Source: Dimorphilus gyrociliatus
Taxonomy: Eukaryota > Animalia > Annelida
Assembly (NCBI GenBank): GCA_904063045.1
Contig: CAJFCJ010000009.1
Location: 1,158,942 to 1,222,941 of the forward strand
Length of the DNA stretch: 64,000 nucleotides
Direction of reading: 5' to 3'
The notes beneath the pieces were generated by a model. That model made no database searches, was not told the DNA's origin, and saw nothing but the letters and a program-made list of their open reading frames with translations. A program made the translations under genes and the position numbers. Shown here piece by piece: positions 52,401-64,000 of this stretch (its first letter is position 1; each line of letters begins with the position of its first letter).

Positions 52401-53343
52401 CAAGACTACAATTATTAGGACATATCTCGAAAGAGCAATCTTCTCCCGAAAATCCACTATCACAGATGCATTTCCCTAACCAACATTTCCCTCGATTACT
52501 ACAATCAGATGGACAAGCTTCAACTTCATAATGGATACGAAATCCACTCATATTATAAGCTGCATCACTAAAGAAATGTATGAAGGTAGTATTGGTAGTT
52601 GTAACAAAATCGGACATTTTATTCCCCTTTGGGTCAAGTAATATACCACTGAAAAAAGAAAAAGTAATTTAAAGTGGGTAATGGCGGAATTTTTTACTAA
52701 GTAAGTAATAAACCTTAAAGCTCCTATGAGCTCTTTATTTTGATTCGCTCCATCAAAAATGTAGAGGTGATCCCATCCACATTCAGTTTGAAACTTGTCT
52801 ATTCGAAAGCGAATATTTGGTCCGGTGGTCTGTAATAACCAGGAACATTTTGTATTGAAGGTGTAGTTGCCAGGACCATCTGTGATAACACCAGTCTGCC
52901 CAGGTTTCAGAGTTATATTACTGAAAGAAGAAAAATGTTAGTTTTTTTCTTTGAAAAAGAACGGAGAAAATTCCTACATTCTAAACTATAACTATTATCC
53001 TTAATAAAATTAGTAAATAAAATTAGAACAAATAGATCAATGGAAGGAACCAAATCAACATGAATTTATACAATAGGTACAACAAAAAGAAGCGATCAGA
53101 GGAAAAATACCTGACTCTGCCGTAACATCTATCACATTTAGCACCAGTAAATCCCTGGAAACATTCACAGAAACTATTTTCGTCTCCTATACTGGGTGAA
53201 ACACACTTCCCATTTAAACAATTGTGTTCGTTACACGTATTTCTTGATACGGTATCCGCAATCTTACTCTGAGTTATAACGATAATGAAGAAGAATACAA
53301 TTATATGTGATCGAATAAGCGAGAGATGAGGCGATTTTTTCAT
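46414..53343 (-). CDS. ATRN: Attractin/ATRNL1 (distracted)-like type I membrane protein
   Basis: Signal peptide, EGF, CUB (GPGNYTFNTKCSWLL, FQTECGWDHLYIFDG, FFSDAAYNMSGF), EGFs, Kelch repeats, PSI and laminin-EGF domains, then DLIQFFITFFSCFISLLLVAAVFWKIKQ and QMASRPFA, PISLEP. Confidence 0.94.
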
Positions 53344-53993
53344 TATTTCATTTACTTCCTTGCTTCTCTGTTCATCCTTTATCAAATGTTGTTCGAAATT
53401 ATGTTTATTTCGCAACAGTGTCCGCAGTTAACGTATTGGGTATGACTAAAAAAGGGCTGTCATGAGCGTAATGGTTTTCTTTACAACTCCGTTTAAGTAA
53501 CAAACTGACTTCAACTCAACAAGTGAAAGTATTAGTTTAATTATTTAAATGCACAAGATCGTTTTATTAACATATTTAATATTTTTACAATCAAATTACA
53601 GTAACAATAGCTTTACATGATAACTACACTAGAATTCAAATATTCATACCAACTTCCCAGATAATTGTTACAGGTTTTTTAAGGAAATTTTAAAAAATAC
53701 CTGTTTTTAAAAAATAGTAAAACATTTACTTAGAAAAAAGAAATTTTTCTGCAATATTAAGAATTTTTGCCTGTTAACGGTGGCATTACGTAATTACAAA
53801 ACCTAATATTATACCTTTTAGTATTACCCCTTTGAAAAAAATTTTGCCGTTAAAACTACCATCATAGAGTATTATATACTGTCACAAGTTTAATATTGAG
53901 TAACTTTGAGTCTCCTTTTCTAAATTCAAGCAACTAGAGACTGTCTGAAAGCTCGAAGGGATCAAACTGACAAGAGAAAATAATAATTTCACA

Positions 53994-56548
53994 ATGTCCG
54001 ATATAAGCGAAGGAGATTTGGAAAGCTCGTCCCAAACCCCGAAAGTATACATTATTCATTTCTGTCGTTAACCAAGCATTTAATATGACCTTTAATCACA
54101 AAACTTACACTTTTAAGAAGCGCATTCTTACGGAAGAAGAAGAGAAAATGAAAAAAAGATCAAAAGAAGTATGTGAACGATTTACCTATTTGATAAATGC
54201 TAGGTAGCACTTTTTCTTTCTTTTTTCTTAACTGATATTCATGCTATTTACACTCTTTTCCTTTTCTATCATAGTAAAGAAACTATATTAAGAAATTTGA
54301 TGAGTAACGATCCAGAAGATTTTAAAAAAGTTCCAAACATGACTCATACTCTAGAAAAAGCCTATTTAGGTATTTATACAATTAAAAAGAGCAACGTTTA
54401 ATTAACTTTCCAGTTTATTAATCAGTTTTTTCTTTTGGTTCATTTATTTACCCTCCTTTGTTTTTTTGTAGATGCAGAAATGATTTTGCAAAAACTGCTT
54501 GGAAATCGACATAAAAAGAAGCCTTTGAGTCTGTATTTGAAATAAAGTTACCTCTACTGGGTTAAATTTCTAAATTATTAATTAAATGTTCTTGCAGGCA
54601 AAAAGAATCCTAACGTGAATTATCTACGGGCCAGTTGTAGTAAAGACTATGAATCTAATCGCCGATTTTCGGATGAAAGCCTAAAAAAGCATATAATGTC
54701 TGAGGAGTCACTTCGAGCAAAAGGAGCTAACAAACCAAAAGCAGAATTTAGACATTATATGCCTTATGCCCAGTCTGCATCCGCAAACAACTCACCCATT
54801 AATCTTTACGCTGAGAGATACGGATTGAAAATAATGATAACTAATATTCTATCTCCCAACGAAATTTGGTACAGAAATACCGAATACGAGAAAGAATTGT
54901 ATACCATGGAAAACGAACTAGCTACTCTTTATACTTTAAACGATTACGAAAAACTAGAACTATTAATAGGTGAAAGATATATGGTTAAGCTGTCTGACGT
55001 AAGTAGCCTCGGTGAAACCAAGGTGTACAGATGTAAATTGATTGGTTTCGGATCGGGAAATGAGTCTGGTTTGGTGAAAATTTTAACAATTGATCATGGT
55101 ACCTATCATAATGTTCAAGAGGAAGACATTAAATCATTATTTGATAGCGACTACTACGAAATGAATCCATTCGCTGATAGAGGTTCTTTACCTAACTTGA
55201 GGCTATGCCGACAAGATCAACAGTGGTCGTATGCTGAGCGTCTTGATATATTTGAATTCCTAAACTCTTCTTATAATAAAGAAGTATACGTTAAGGAAAT
55301 TGTAAGTTTCCCTAAATATTAATAAATTCTAATATTATAGTTAATAACGTCTTCACCAGAATCCCAATGAAAAATTATTCCGAATTCCGGTAATATATTA
55401 CCATATTTTGCTATTTAAAGGTAAAAGACTACAGCCCAATTAATTTATCTCAAAACCCTACAGAATAAACCTACCGACGTAGAGATAAATATAATCCAAA
55501 TAACAGAAAGCGGTGCTCTAGAACCAAGTCAGAGAATTGTTATAAACTTTTCCAACTATCTACTGGATAATGGATTTGCTAATCGAATTCAACGGGAAAA
55601 AATTAAAAGCAAGAAATTACCGTAATAAAATATTCAGATTCAATTATTACGATTTCTTACTCTATTCGTATCCTCTTTAGGCCGGCTATTAATTATGCAG
55701 AAGTTGAAGATTGCGTAAATCAACTGACTGACCTCCTGAAGTTAAAAATGCCTTATCATCCCCAACTGGAGCAAACAGCAAACGATGCTTCATCTTATAG
55801 CTCCGTATCATCCTCTAATAACAGGAATAATATAACACCGAGTTTAGACAACCGCTTGGTTCATATTCAATCTTATGTTCCGGATAGTTGTTCAAATTTC
55901 GAATTTATGGAAGGAATTTGCAGTTATGTGAATGAAAATGGAATAATATCTTTTCAACACAAAACACGACGTAAATATTGGAAAATGTATAACTGTACTG
56001 ACAATACTTAATGTTTTCTTCATTTAGATATTGGAGAGTCAGATACGTTGCAAACACTATTACAAGATGCACATCAACACGGAAATTATATCCAGTGTAA
56101 CGATTTAATGGAACTGAAGGATAATCAACCGATAGTTTGTCGCTTCTCGGCAGACAAGCAGTTTTATAGAGCAAAAGTTTTGAAAGTAATTGATAAAGTG
56201 TCAGTGAAAGTACATTACGTTGATTTTGGCAATAGCGAAGTAGCTTTGAGGCAAAATATTCATTTGGCACCGCTACCTTTACACAAACCTATACTGTGCT
56301 ATAATATTAAGCTGCACGGCTTAATTCCAATCAATGGGAGTAGCAAATGGTCAGAAAGGGCGTTACTTCTTTTGTATAGACAATTATTTTCTCGTAAGAT
56401 TAAAGTGCGAATCATTAAAAATATAAGCTTCAACCTATACGAAGGAGAAGTAATTCGAATGATGCAAAAGGATTGCGATCAAGAATTGAAAGTTAGTGAT
56501 CTGCTAATTCGCGAGAAACACGCTTCAAGGGTGATAGACACTCCTTAA
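53994..56548 (+). CDS. Tudor-domain protein with two extended Tudor modules (TDRD-like)
   Basis: ITNILSPNEIWYR...YRCKL...VKILTIDHG (Tudor 1) and VCRFSADKQFYRAKVLKV...VKVHYVDFGNSE (Tudor 2). The 5' exons from the ATG at 53994 are plausible, but some donors are weak. Confidence 0.78.
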
Positions 56549-56827
56549 AGACCTAAAAGACTTTGTTTATTATTATTATTTTTTGATATTCAGTTTATGT
56601 TATTATATTGAAAAGTTGATGTTGAAGTTTCGAAAATAGCTATGAAGTTCTTAAACTGATAATTAGACTCCTTTCTTAGACATTTTTTTCATCTGTATAT
56701 CTACTAAGTATATTCTCTTTCGTTTTTTTTTAATGTTGTGTTCGTACAACCGCAAAATACAATTATATCTACAAAACAGGCACCAGCTACGATTGAAAGT
56801 TAGCAATACCAACTTATATTATTACTG

Positions 56828-56837
56828 TAGATGTCGC
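56828..56837 (+). promoter_or_regulatory. CTCF-like motif TAGATGTCGC about 100 bp upstream of MRPL22
   Basis: Identical 10-mer to the site at 15676-15685. Confidence 0.5.
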
Positions 56838-56929
56838 TTTGTCAAGGTCTTCATCTTTTTCTTATATTATAGAACATCAGGTTTAATAACCATAATTATT
56901 CTACGCTAAAGTAAAATCCCTTTAATAAG

Positions 56930-57835
56930 ATGCTGGCAACAATTTCGCGACTAACTTTAAATGAAAGGTAAGAACAAATAAGATAATATTTGAGCTCAAA
57001 TTCAACTATGCTTTAATTTCGTAGTAGAACGTGGTTACCCGCTGTTCAATGCATTTCCAAATATATTCATACCACGGATATCAATTTACAAGAGTATCAC
57101 AAGATACGAGACACAAAGGTTTGGAATCGAATGAATGAAATTGTATACCCTCCTCAAAGAAATGATGAAAAACGTCGCCCGGCAGTAAGTGATTGTTTAA
57201 TAAAGTGATATGTCAAAGTTATGATTTTCTTCCAATAGGAAATATGGCATAGTCGAGAAAATATTAAATATAGTTATAAGAAGTTATGGTATATTGCTGC
57301 AATGGTGTGTGTGTTTAAGTAATTTATTTTAAACTAATCAAAGTGAATTATCATAGATTCGAGGTATGTCAATTGATGAAGCTCTAAAGCAATTATCTTT
57401 TTATCCAAGAAAGGGAGCTATCCCTGTGAGAGAGGTTAGCTTCTTTTTTGTAAATGTTCTATGGAATAACCAAATTGTTTTAGGTGCTATTAGAGGCTCA
57501 AGAGAAAGCGGTTTTAGAGAATAATGTCGAATTTAAATCCAACTTATGGATTGGTAGGAGATTATTTCTTTAAGCTTAATTAAGTTTGTAAATTATATAT
57601 GACATGTCTTTCAGCTGAATCAAAAGTTGAAAGAGGTTTGATTGTTAAGGGTATTCGAAAGCATGCTCGAATGAGATTCGGAACAATTCACTACCGTTAT
57701 ACGAACTACTTTGTTAAGCTCCAAGAAGGAAATCCTCCAAAAGACTATTATACACCAGTTGATCCATCAGGTAAAGAAAAATACGAGGAGAAAATGAAAA
57801 ATTTACGAAAAAGGACAATAATATTTGGTTTATAG
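56930..57835 (+). CDS. MRPL22: Mitochondrial ribosomal protein L22
   Basis: NEIVYPPQ...RRPA|EIWHSRENIKYSYKKLWYIAAM|IRGMSIDEALKQL, NNVEFKSNLWI and KHARMRFG. Confidence 0.94.
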
Positions 57836-58167
57836 ACAATATAACATTTGTACTTTGTACATATAAGAAACAAAATAAAATATTATATGCTGTGTATCTG
57901 ATAATTTATTACTCAATATCATTTAAATTAAGTCTTTTAGGAATTATGTATTCAATATATTACAAACTCGTTTCAACAACAAGCCAGTAAACAACAACGA
58001 ACCATAAGGAAGAAACGAGAAAGGCGTCCAATTTTTACGCATGCACAAACAAATGTGAATTCGTCCGTGACGTCCTTCCGAATAACAGTTTATACTCTTT
58101 TCACGATCGAGTAGTCCACTGCCGTTGCTGCTGTCCTGCAAACAAGGCAGTGTACACAAGTTGAAAA

Positions 58168-59996
58168 CTACGGGCGACTGTACGGATGGTACGTAGGCCT
58201 ATTGCCACTGCCGCCATTTTTGGTCGGAGCTGTTGGGGCTGCTTGGTAATGATCTGCTTCTCCTGCAACGATAACATCTCTTCGTGACCAAAAAGGCGGA
58301 CAGACGGCGGCTAAATATCAAAAACATAACTTACCACCATTGTAATTAGCTGCTGAAGTACCGCCTCCAGACTGGTCGTAACCCGTTGCACTACCTCCAC
58401 CTCCACCACCTCCTGCATAATTACCACCGTAACCACCTCCCCAGCCCTGATTTCCATATCCGTATGAAGAATAGTCGTTTGCATATCCCCCAGTACTGCC
58501 ACTATAGCCACCTTGGCTATAGTCGTACCAACCGTATCCGGTTTGACTATAATCGTAGGGATAGCTGCCTCCCTGATTCCATTCGTTCCAATTATTCATA
58601 CCGTAACCCCTACCTCGACCCATACCCCTCCCTCTGGTTGACCCTCTAGCCCTAAAGGCTGCCTGTTGGTGGTGAGGTGTGGCTTTCTTAACATCAACCT
58701 ATAAATAAGTAAATATATATTGTAATTGTTTCCAATAAAATCCAAATATCAGTTACACAATTTACACAATTTACACAATTTACATAGCGAGTTTACACAT
58801 TAAACTTAAAAATACTATACAACATTGGCTCGCTCTTTTTTCTTTAAATACGCCAATGTTATTGGAGAAAAAACTGATCCCTGAACCTGTTTCGAATCGT
58901 CTTGTTTCACCAAGTCACATTGACAAACAACAACTGCTACTCAGGTTGCTGTACATCTGCTGTAAAGTTAAAAACAAAAATTAATAAGCTGGTCAACGCC
59001 TAGTACCCGCGTTATGATTTTTTATCGAACCAAGAGCCCTTCCTTTTAATTACACAACGTTTTTAAAATCTGTAAAAGTTAACTAGATCTTTATAAACAT
59101 AGAAGTTAATTACTAGGAGCGTTTTATACACTTAATTTGCAAAACGCCGAGTTAGGAAATTATTCTCACCTCCTTGCCATGGATGTTAATTTTTGGCGTA
59201 GCAGTTACCGATTCTACAGCATCTTCTGATTCAAATGAAACGAAGGCGAATGCTCTCCTTTTATTTGTCGTTTTATCATGTGGCAAATCTATTTGTTCTA
59301 CCTAATATAGAATAATTTGATTAGTATAGATCACTTTTTCTTCTAACTTCTCTTACTTTTCCATATTTTTCGAAAAATTCCTTGATTTGATCTTGAGTTA
59401 ATTCAGGGTCCAGACCTCCTACAAATATCTTTGTTATGGGATCTTTCTTATCCTTCGATTTGGCAGGTTTCGGATCGATGTGTTTGCCTAATAATGTATG
59501 CTTACTGTTCGGATCCTGAAAAAAATAGACATATTAAATCAAAATTAAACAAATTATATCACTCAGAATACGTACAGTAGCTGGTTTGATAGCATGTTCG
59601 TTTTCGAAAAGAACAAATCCGAACCCCCTGGATCGGCCCGTAACCGGATCCTGTTTGATCAATGCTTCTTCTACTTTGCCAAATTGACCAAAGTAATCTT
59701 TTAATTCCTCTGGAAACAGAAACAGATGCAACATGGTACATTTTTTACGTATTTAGCGACTTACTCGTTGTAGTATCCCAACTTAAACCACCAACAAATA
59801 TTTTGCGTCCATCATCCTCCGGGCGTGCCATACTGATTATGCTTTGAGCCGTTTGATTTTGACCATCACCGCCAGCCTGTTGTTCGATCGGTTGTTGTAG
59901 TGGTTGTTGCTCCATTTGGGCGGTATCTTGAATGAAACCGGACGAGAAATCTTCTGTGCCGGTAGCGCATTGATCCGCGAAATTTTCTTCAGCCAT
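58168..59996 (-). CDS. hnRNP A/B/D (squid-like) two-RRM protein with a Gly/Tyr-rich tail
   Basis: RKIFVGGLSWDTT, DPVTGRSRGFGFVLF, IDPKPAK, KIFVGGLDPE, RRAFAFVSF, an RGG box, GY-rich repeats and a terminal RPTYHPY (PY-NLS-like). Confidence 0.92.
58753..58784. repeat. Tandem 9-mer (TTACACAAT)x3.5 in an intron of the hnRNP gene
   Basis: Seen directly; reads AUUGUGUAA in the sense strand, about 55-85 nt upstream of the 58699 acceptor. Confidence 0.9.
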
Positions 59997-60188
59997 CTTG
60001 ATTTCTTCAAATATGGCCGCCAGCCTATTCTGTCACGTGATCAGAAATTCTCTGACGTCATAGTCAAGGATCGCCATTTGGTAAGTTTCATTTTCAATTG
60101 GTTTATTTTAATATATTCTGACTATCAATCGAATTAGAAAGTGATATTAACGAAAATAACACCTGTCATTTGTTTCCGTCTAGGCGAA

Positions 60189-61653
60189 ATGATTCCCTTA
60201 CGATCCATTCTAACGGTTCTGCCATTTATCGTGGCAAGCTGTTTAGCCTGGCAAGTAAGCCTAGATCATCATCACAATTATGAAGAAGTGATGAGTGTTC
60301 TGAGGAAAATTCATTTGAAATGTCCAAAGATTACCCACCAATATAACCTCACAGGAGAAACAGTTGAGGGACGAAAGCTAGGAGTACTAGTAATATCTGA
60401 TAATCCCAAAGAGCACGAGATGGAAGAGCCAGAATTTAAATATATCGGAAATATGCATGGTAATGAAGTGACTGGAAGAGAAATCCTCCTTAAATGGCTT
60501 GATGAGTTATGCGAGAGATATAACAAAGGAGATACCGAAGTTGTTCAATTAATCAATTCCACCAGAATTCATGTTATGCCCACAATGAATCCCGATGGAT
60601 GGGAAATTGCCAATAGACAAAAGGGTGTTAAATCATGGACAACTGGCAGGCAAAATGCTAATAATATCGATCTTAATAGAAACTTTCCAGATCTGGATAA
60701 GAAATATTTCAATTACCAAAAACACGGTGTAAAGTGGAATAATCACTTGCTTGAAAGAGCCGATATGATAAAGGGATTACAGCCTGAAACTAAAATGGTA
60801 ATTCAATGGATTTTAAACAATCCATTTGTTCTATCGGCAAACTTTCACAACGGTGACTTTGTTGCCAATTATCCTTTTGATGAATCTCGCTCAGGCCGTG
60901 GTCAAGGAGAATATACACCATCACCCGACGATATTCTATTCCGTGATCTTGCTTTAACTTATGCTGGGAACCACAAGGTTATGGCTAGCAAACATGAACC
61001 ATGCATGGCTGGTGATAACGATTTCTACAAAAGCGGAGGAATCACCAATGGAGCTGAATGGTACAGTTTACACGGAGGAATGCAGGATTTCAATTATTTG
61101 GCTTCTAATTGCCTTGAACTAACTCTGGAGATTGGATGCGAAAAATTCCCTCCTGCAAGCAAGCTACCTAAAGTTTGGGACGATAACAGAAAATCCATGT
61201 ATGAGTATTTGAAGAAAGTGCATTCGGGCATTAAGGGAAGAGTTTTCGATAAAGTATCGGGATTGCCCATTGAAGATGCAGCCATCAAAGTAACAGATTT
61301 GGATACTGATTACTACATTGCACATGACGTAAGTGTCGTTTTCTTGAATATAGTGTGTATACAGTGAAGTGACGTTAATACTTTATTTTAACAAACAGAT
61401 ATTAACTAACAAAGATGGTGAGTACTGGCGTCTTCTTGTCAACGGAACATATTCTGTGACGGCAGTAGCGAGAGGGTATGAATCTGAAGAAGTAACCGTT
61501 AAAATTAATAATGATGGAATATCAGCCAAGAAAGTCTATTTCAAATTACAACCAGCAGCAGAACTTGACAAAGTAGAGGAAGTTGATGAAAACAACGCAG
61601 AATTGCAAAGGCTTTTTCAACTTTTGGAAAGAGAATATCAAAATTCCTCCTAA
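60189..61653 (+). CDS. CPE: Carboxypeptidase E (M14B prohormone-processing carboxypeptidase)
   Basis: Signal peptide, EPEFKYIGNMHGNEVTGRE, IHVMPTMNPDG, DLNRNFPDL, LSANFHNG, GGITNGAEWY, GGMQDFNYL and the catalytic Glu in EIGCEKFP. There is an intron near 61330-61398 and an amphipathic C-terminal helix. Confidence 0.9.
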
Positions 61654-62045
61654 ATCAAAGAATATACCAATTTTCAATTAATATATTGATGTTGTAAGCC
61701 TCGCCTAACAATCAAATAAGAAATCAAAAATTCTAATGAGAAAATATTTGTTGTTTGCGCAATAAAAACCTGCAAAAAATTAGTAACTTTTGTTGATAAT
61801 AAAACGAGAAATACTGGTTTAGATAGAAAAAAAACCATTCGGCGACAAAGGCTAGATATAGAAATTCCTTTTTGTATAAAATACCAAATTATAAAATTTT
61901 AGGCCTAAACACATTCTCGTAACGTGTTTTGAAAAGAAATACGACACATTTCTATTTTGCAATACAAATTTTAAGTATGAATACAATAGAATAGAATAAA
62001 GATAAGAAGAAAAGAATCTGATAGAGCCATACTATACCAAAAAAG

Positions 62046-63591
62046 ATGCATGGGATTTGTGGAAACAATATATTATATTTTTGGATAATTGTTACTCTAG
62101 TGACAATTTACATTGCAGTTTAGTTTTATCAGTTATCTTTTGTAATTCTTTATCCTTTATCTGTAACTTCTCCATTTAGTATTTTATGAATAGCCTTCGT
62201 ACACTAAATAATAAAAGAAAGTTCAACGTAAATGATAGAAAAGCCTACTCTATTCGTGAATTCGTTCATATTCAATCATTTATATTAAATTATTACAAGG
62301 CTTGTAAAACTTGTGAATTGACCTTGAATTTTCAAAAAGATACTCTAAAGAACAATCTATGTCCTTGCTATCCAATTAGAAAAACTGAAAGTTAACCTCT
62401 ATTAATATTACAATTATCATTATTATTATTTACAATTTGTTTTTTTATAATTTTCAAATAGTTTTAAACCCTTATTTGGAAGTTAGAAAATCGTTGCAGC
62501 TACCAAATGAGCTAACCATCTTGACAAAGAGAGCTGAAAATGGTATTTGGATTCCTATTGATTGCATTTATCGTCAATCTACATTAGTAGTTATTCCAAT
62601 TGAATCAGATATTGATTCAAATTTACTGAACACTACCATTCAACATTTAGTAAATTTACTAATACGTCAGATGATCTCCTTTTCTATTTATATCATAAAA
62701 CAGGTTATTGAAAATTCCTAGCTAATAATTTAAAATGATTTATTAATTTCTGTACAACTTTTTTTTTAATATAGGAAACCGCAGCTGGCGTTGGTTCAGC
62801 TATTAATTCAGTTTATCATTTTATAAAGGATGTTTCCTCTCTAACTTTCGATTGTCTTATTATACATGATTATCGAATATTAGCGGCGAACGAGTGGAAT
62901 TTTTATACATGTGCAGGATTAACGGGTAAGTTTATAAAGCCGAATAAAATATATAGAATATAGAAGAATTACGATTTTAACATGTAAAATACTCTTAAGG
63001 AATTAGGAAGTTAGTAGGTAAAATAATTGGTACCAACTTCCGGTATATACTTTTAAATAATTATACTAATTGAAATCAAATATAAATTGCAATAGCAGAA
63101 ATGAAAGAATGGAGAAGTTACTTAATATATCTTCCATAGCCGTTCCATTTAAAATATTTGAAAAATTTAACGGATTTTCTAATTTAATAAATGATAATCT
63201 GGGAGCATTTCTTAATTTTTATAAAAGGTAAAAAGAAAGAGAAATTACAATTTTGTTTGTACATTTCAATTTATCTTTAGAGTTAAATTGAATGAGAAAT
63301 ATTCCAAATATCAACAATATCCATTTCCTATATCTAATTACTTCTTGATAAATGAATCATTATTAATTGATAGACCAACTTTGGGTTATGATGAGAATCT
63401 AATGTTCAAGTTGATATATTTAAATATAGTTTCTGTTTTCATAAAAATCTAACATATCTCATTTATAATAGTAATTTAAATGTAATTGAAGAAAAAGGCT
63501 TAAACGTAAAAGATGGTCTAAATACAGTAAACTATTCAATAATTCAAAAAATTGAAAAGAGATACTATACTGAAATAAATCTAAAAATAGG
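62046..63591 (+). CDS. Divergent beta-1,4-galactosyltransferase (GT7)-fold type II membrane protein lacking catalytic motifs
   Basis: Exons join with consistent phase: TM (ILYFWIIVTLVTIYIAV), LCPCYP, GIWIPIDCIYRQSTLVVIP, LIRQMISFSIYIIKQ, FDCLIIHDYR...NFYTC, FEKFNGFSN and KDGLNTVNYSIIQKIEKRYYTEINLKI, collinear with B4GALT1. Both ends are approximate. Confidence 0.72.
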
Positions 63592-64000
63592 TATAATTAA
63601 GTTTTTATTCCAGTTTTCTCTCTCTCTCTCTCTCTTTATTAATAGTGAATATATTCTTTTCTTTCTCTATTCCTTTTCGCTTATCTAATTAATTAAGATG
63701 AAATTAAGTAACTTAAATATTGATTCTCAGATAATTACTTTGCAAAGTTTAATAAAACGAAGATGAATATCTGTTTGATGGATAATGATTTAAAGATGAA
63801 CGTATCAATTGAAGTCTGTTCTGGAATATGTTATCTAAAGAACTGTAAAGGCTTTTCCTATAATTTAATTTTGAGTGAGTGCTATCTGCATTTATGCACT
63901 CGTAATCCTAGTATGATTTTTAATTATTTACTTATATATGGGCTTTTTTCTCTATATTAATTCATTTATTTTTTATAGGAAATACAATTTCTTCTAGTAA

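Overview
This is AT-rich, very gene-dense animal DNA with about 27 intron-containing protein-coding genes in 64 kb. Introns are mostly 50-70 nt, and several head-to-head pairs have only about 100-400 bp between start codons. The gene set and architecture suggest a miniaturised invertebrate genome; a compact annelid such as Dimorphilus would fit, but this is inference only. Many ORF-track entries are single exons or antisense shadows, so I rebuilt gene models by reading GT-AG junctions and phases by hand, and family calls come from recalled reference sequences, not database searches. Recognisable genes are CPT1, CEP89, ATF2/7, FAIM, CEP70, COG4, MOCS3, TMLHE, DAZAP1/Hrb27C, SPOUT1, AMPK-beta, MTHFD1, PRPSAP, PECR, STYXL1, two RPS26 copies, attractin, MRPL22, hnRNP A/B/D and CPE. 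The most interesting items are: (1) a highly divergent, spliced histone H3-like gene whose fold is hidden by an intron; (2) mutually exclusive duplicated exons in the AMPK-beta glycogen-binding module; (3) a palindromic head-to-head RPS26 pair encoding identical proteins; (4) a membrane-anchored ZPBP/Sp38-like protein with two modules; (5) a GT7 beta-1,4-galactosyltransferase-like pseudoenzyme; (6) alternative C-termini and a candidate poison exon in the hnRNP gene; (7) a recurrent CTCF-like promoter motif. I found no supportable tRNA, rRNA, CRISPR array or transposase.
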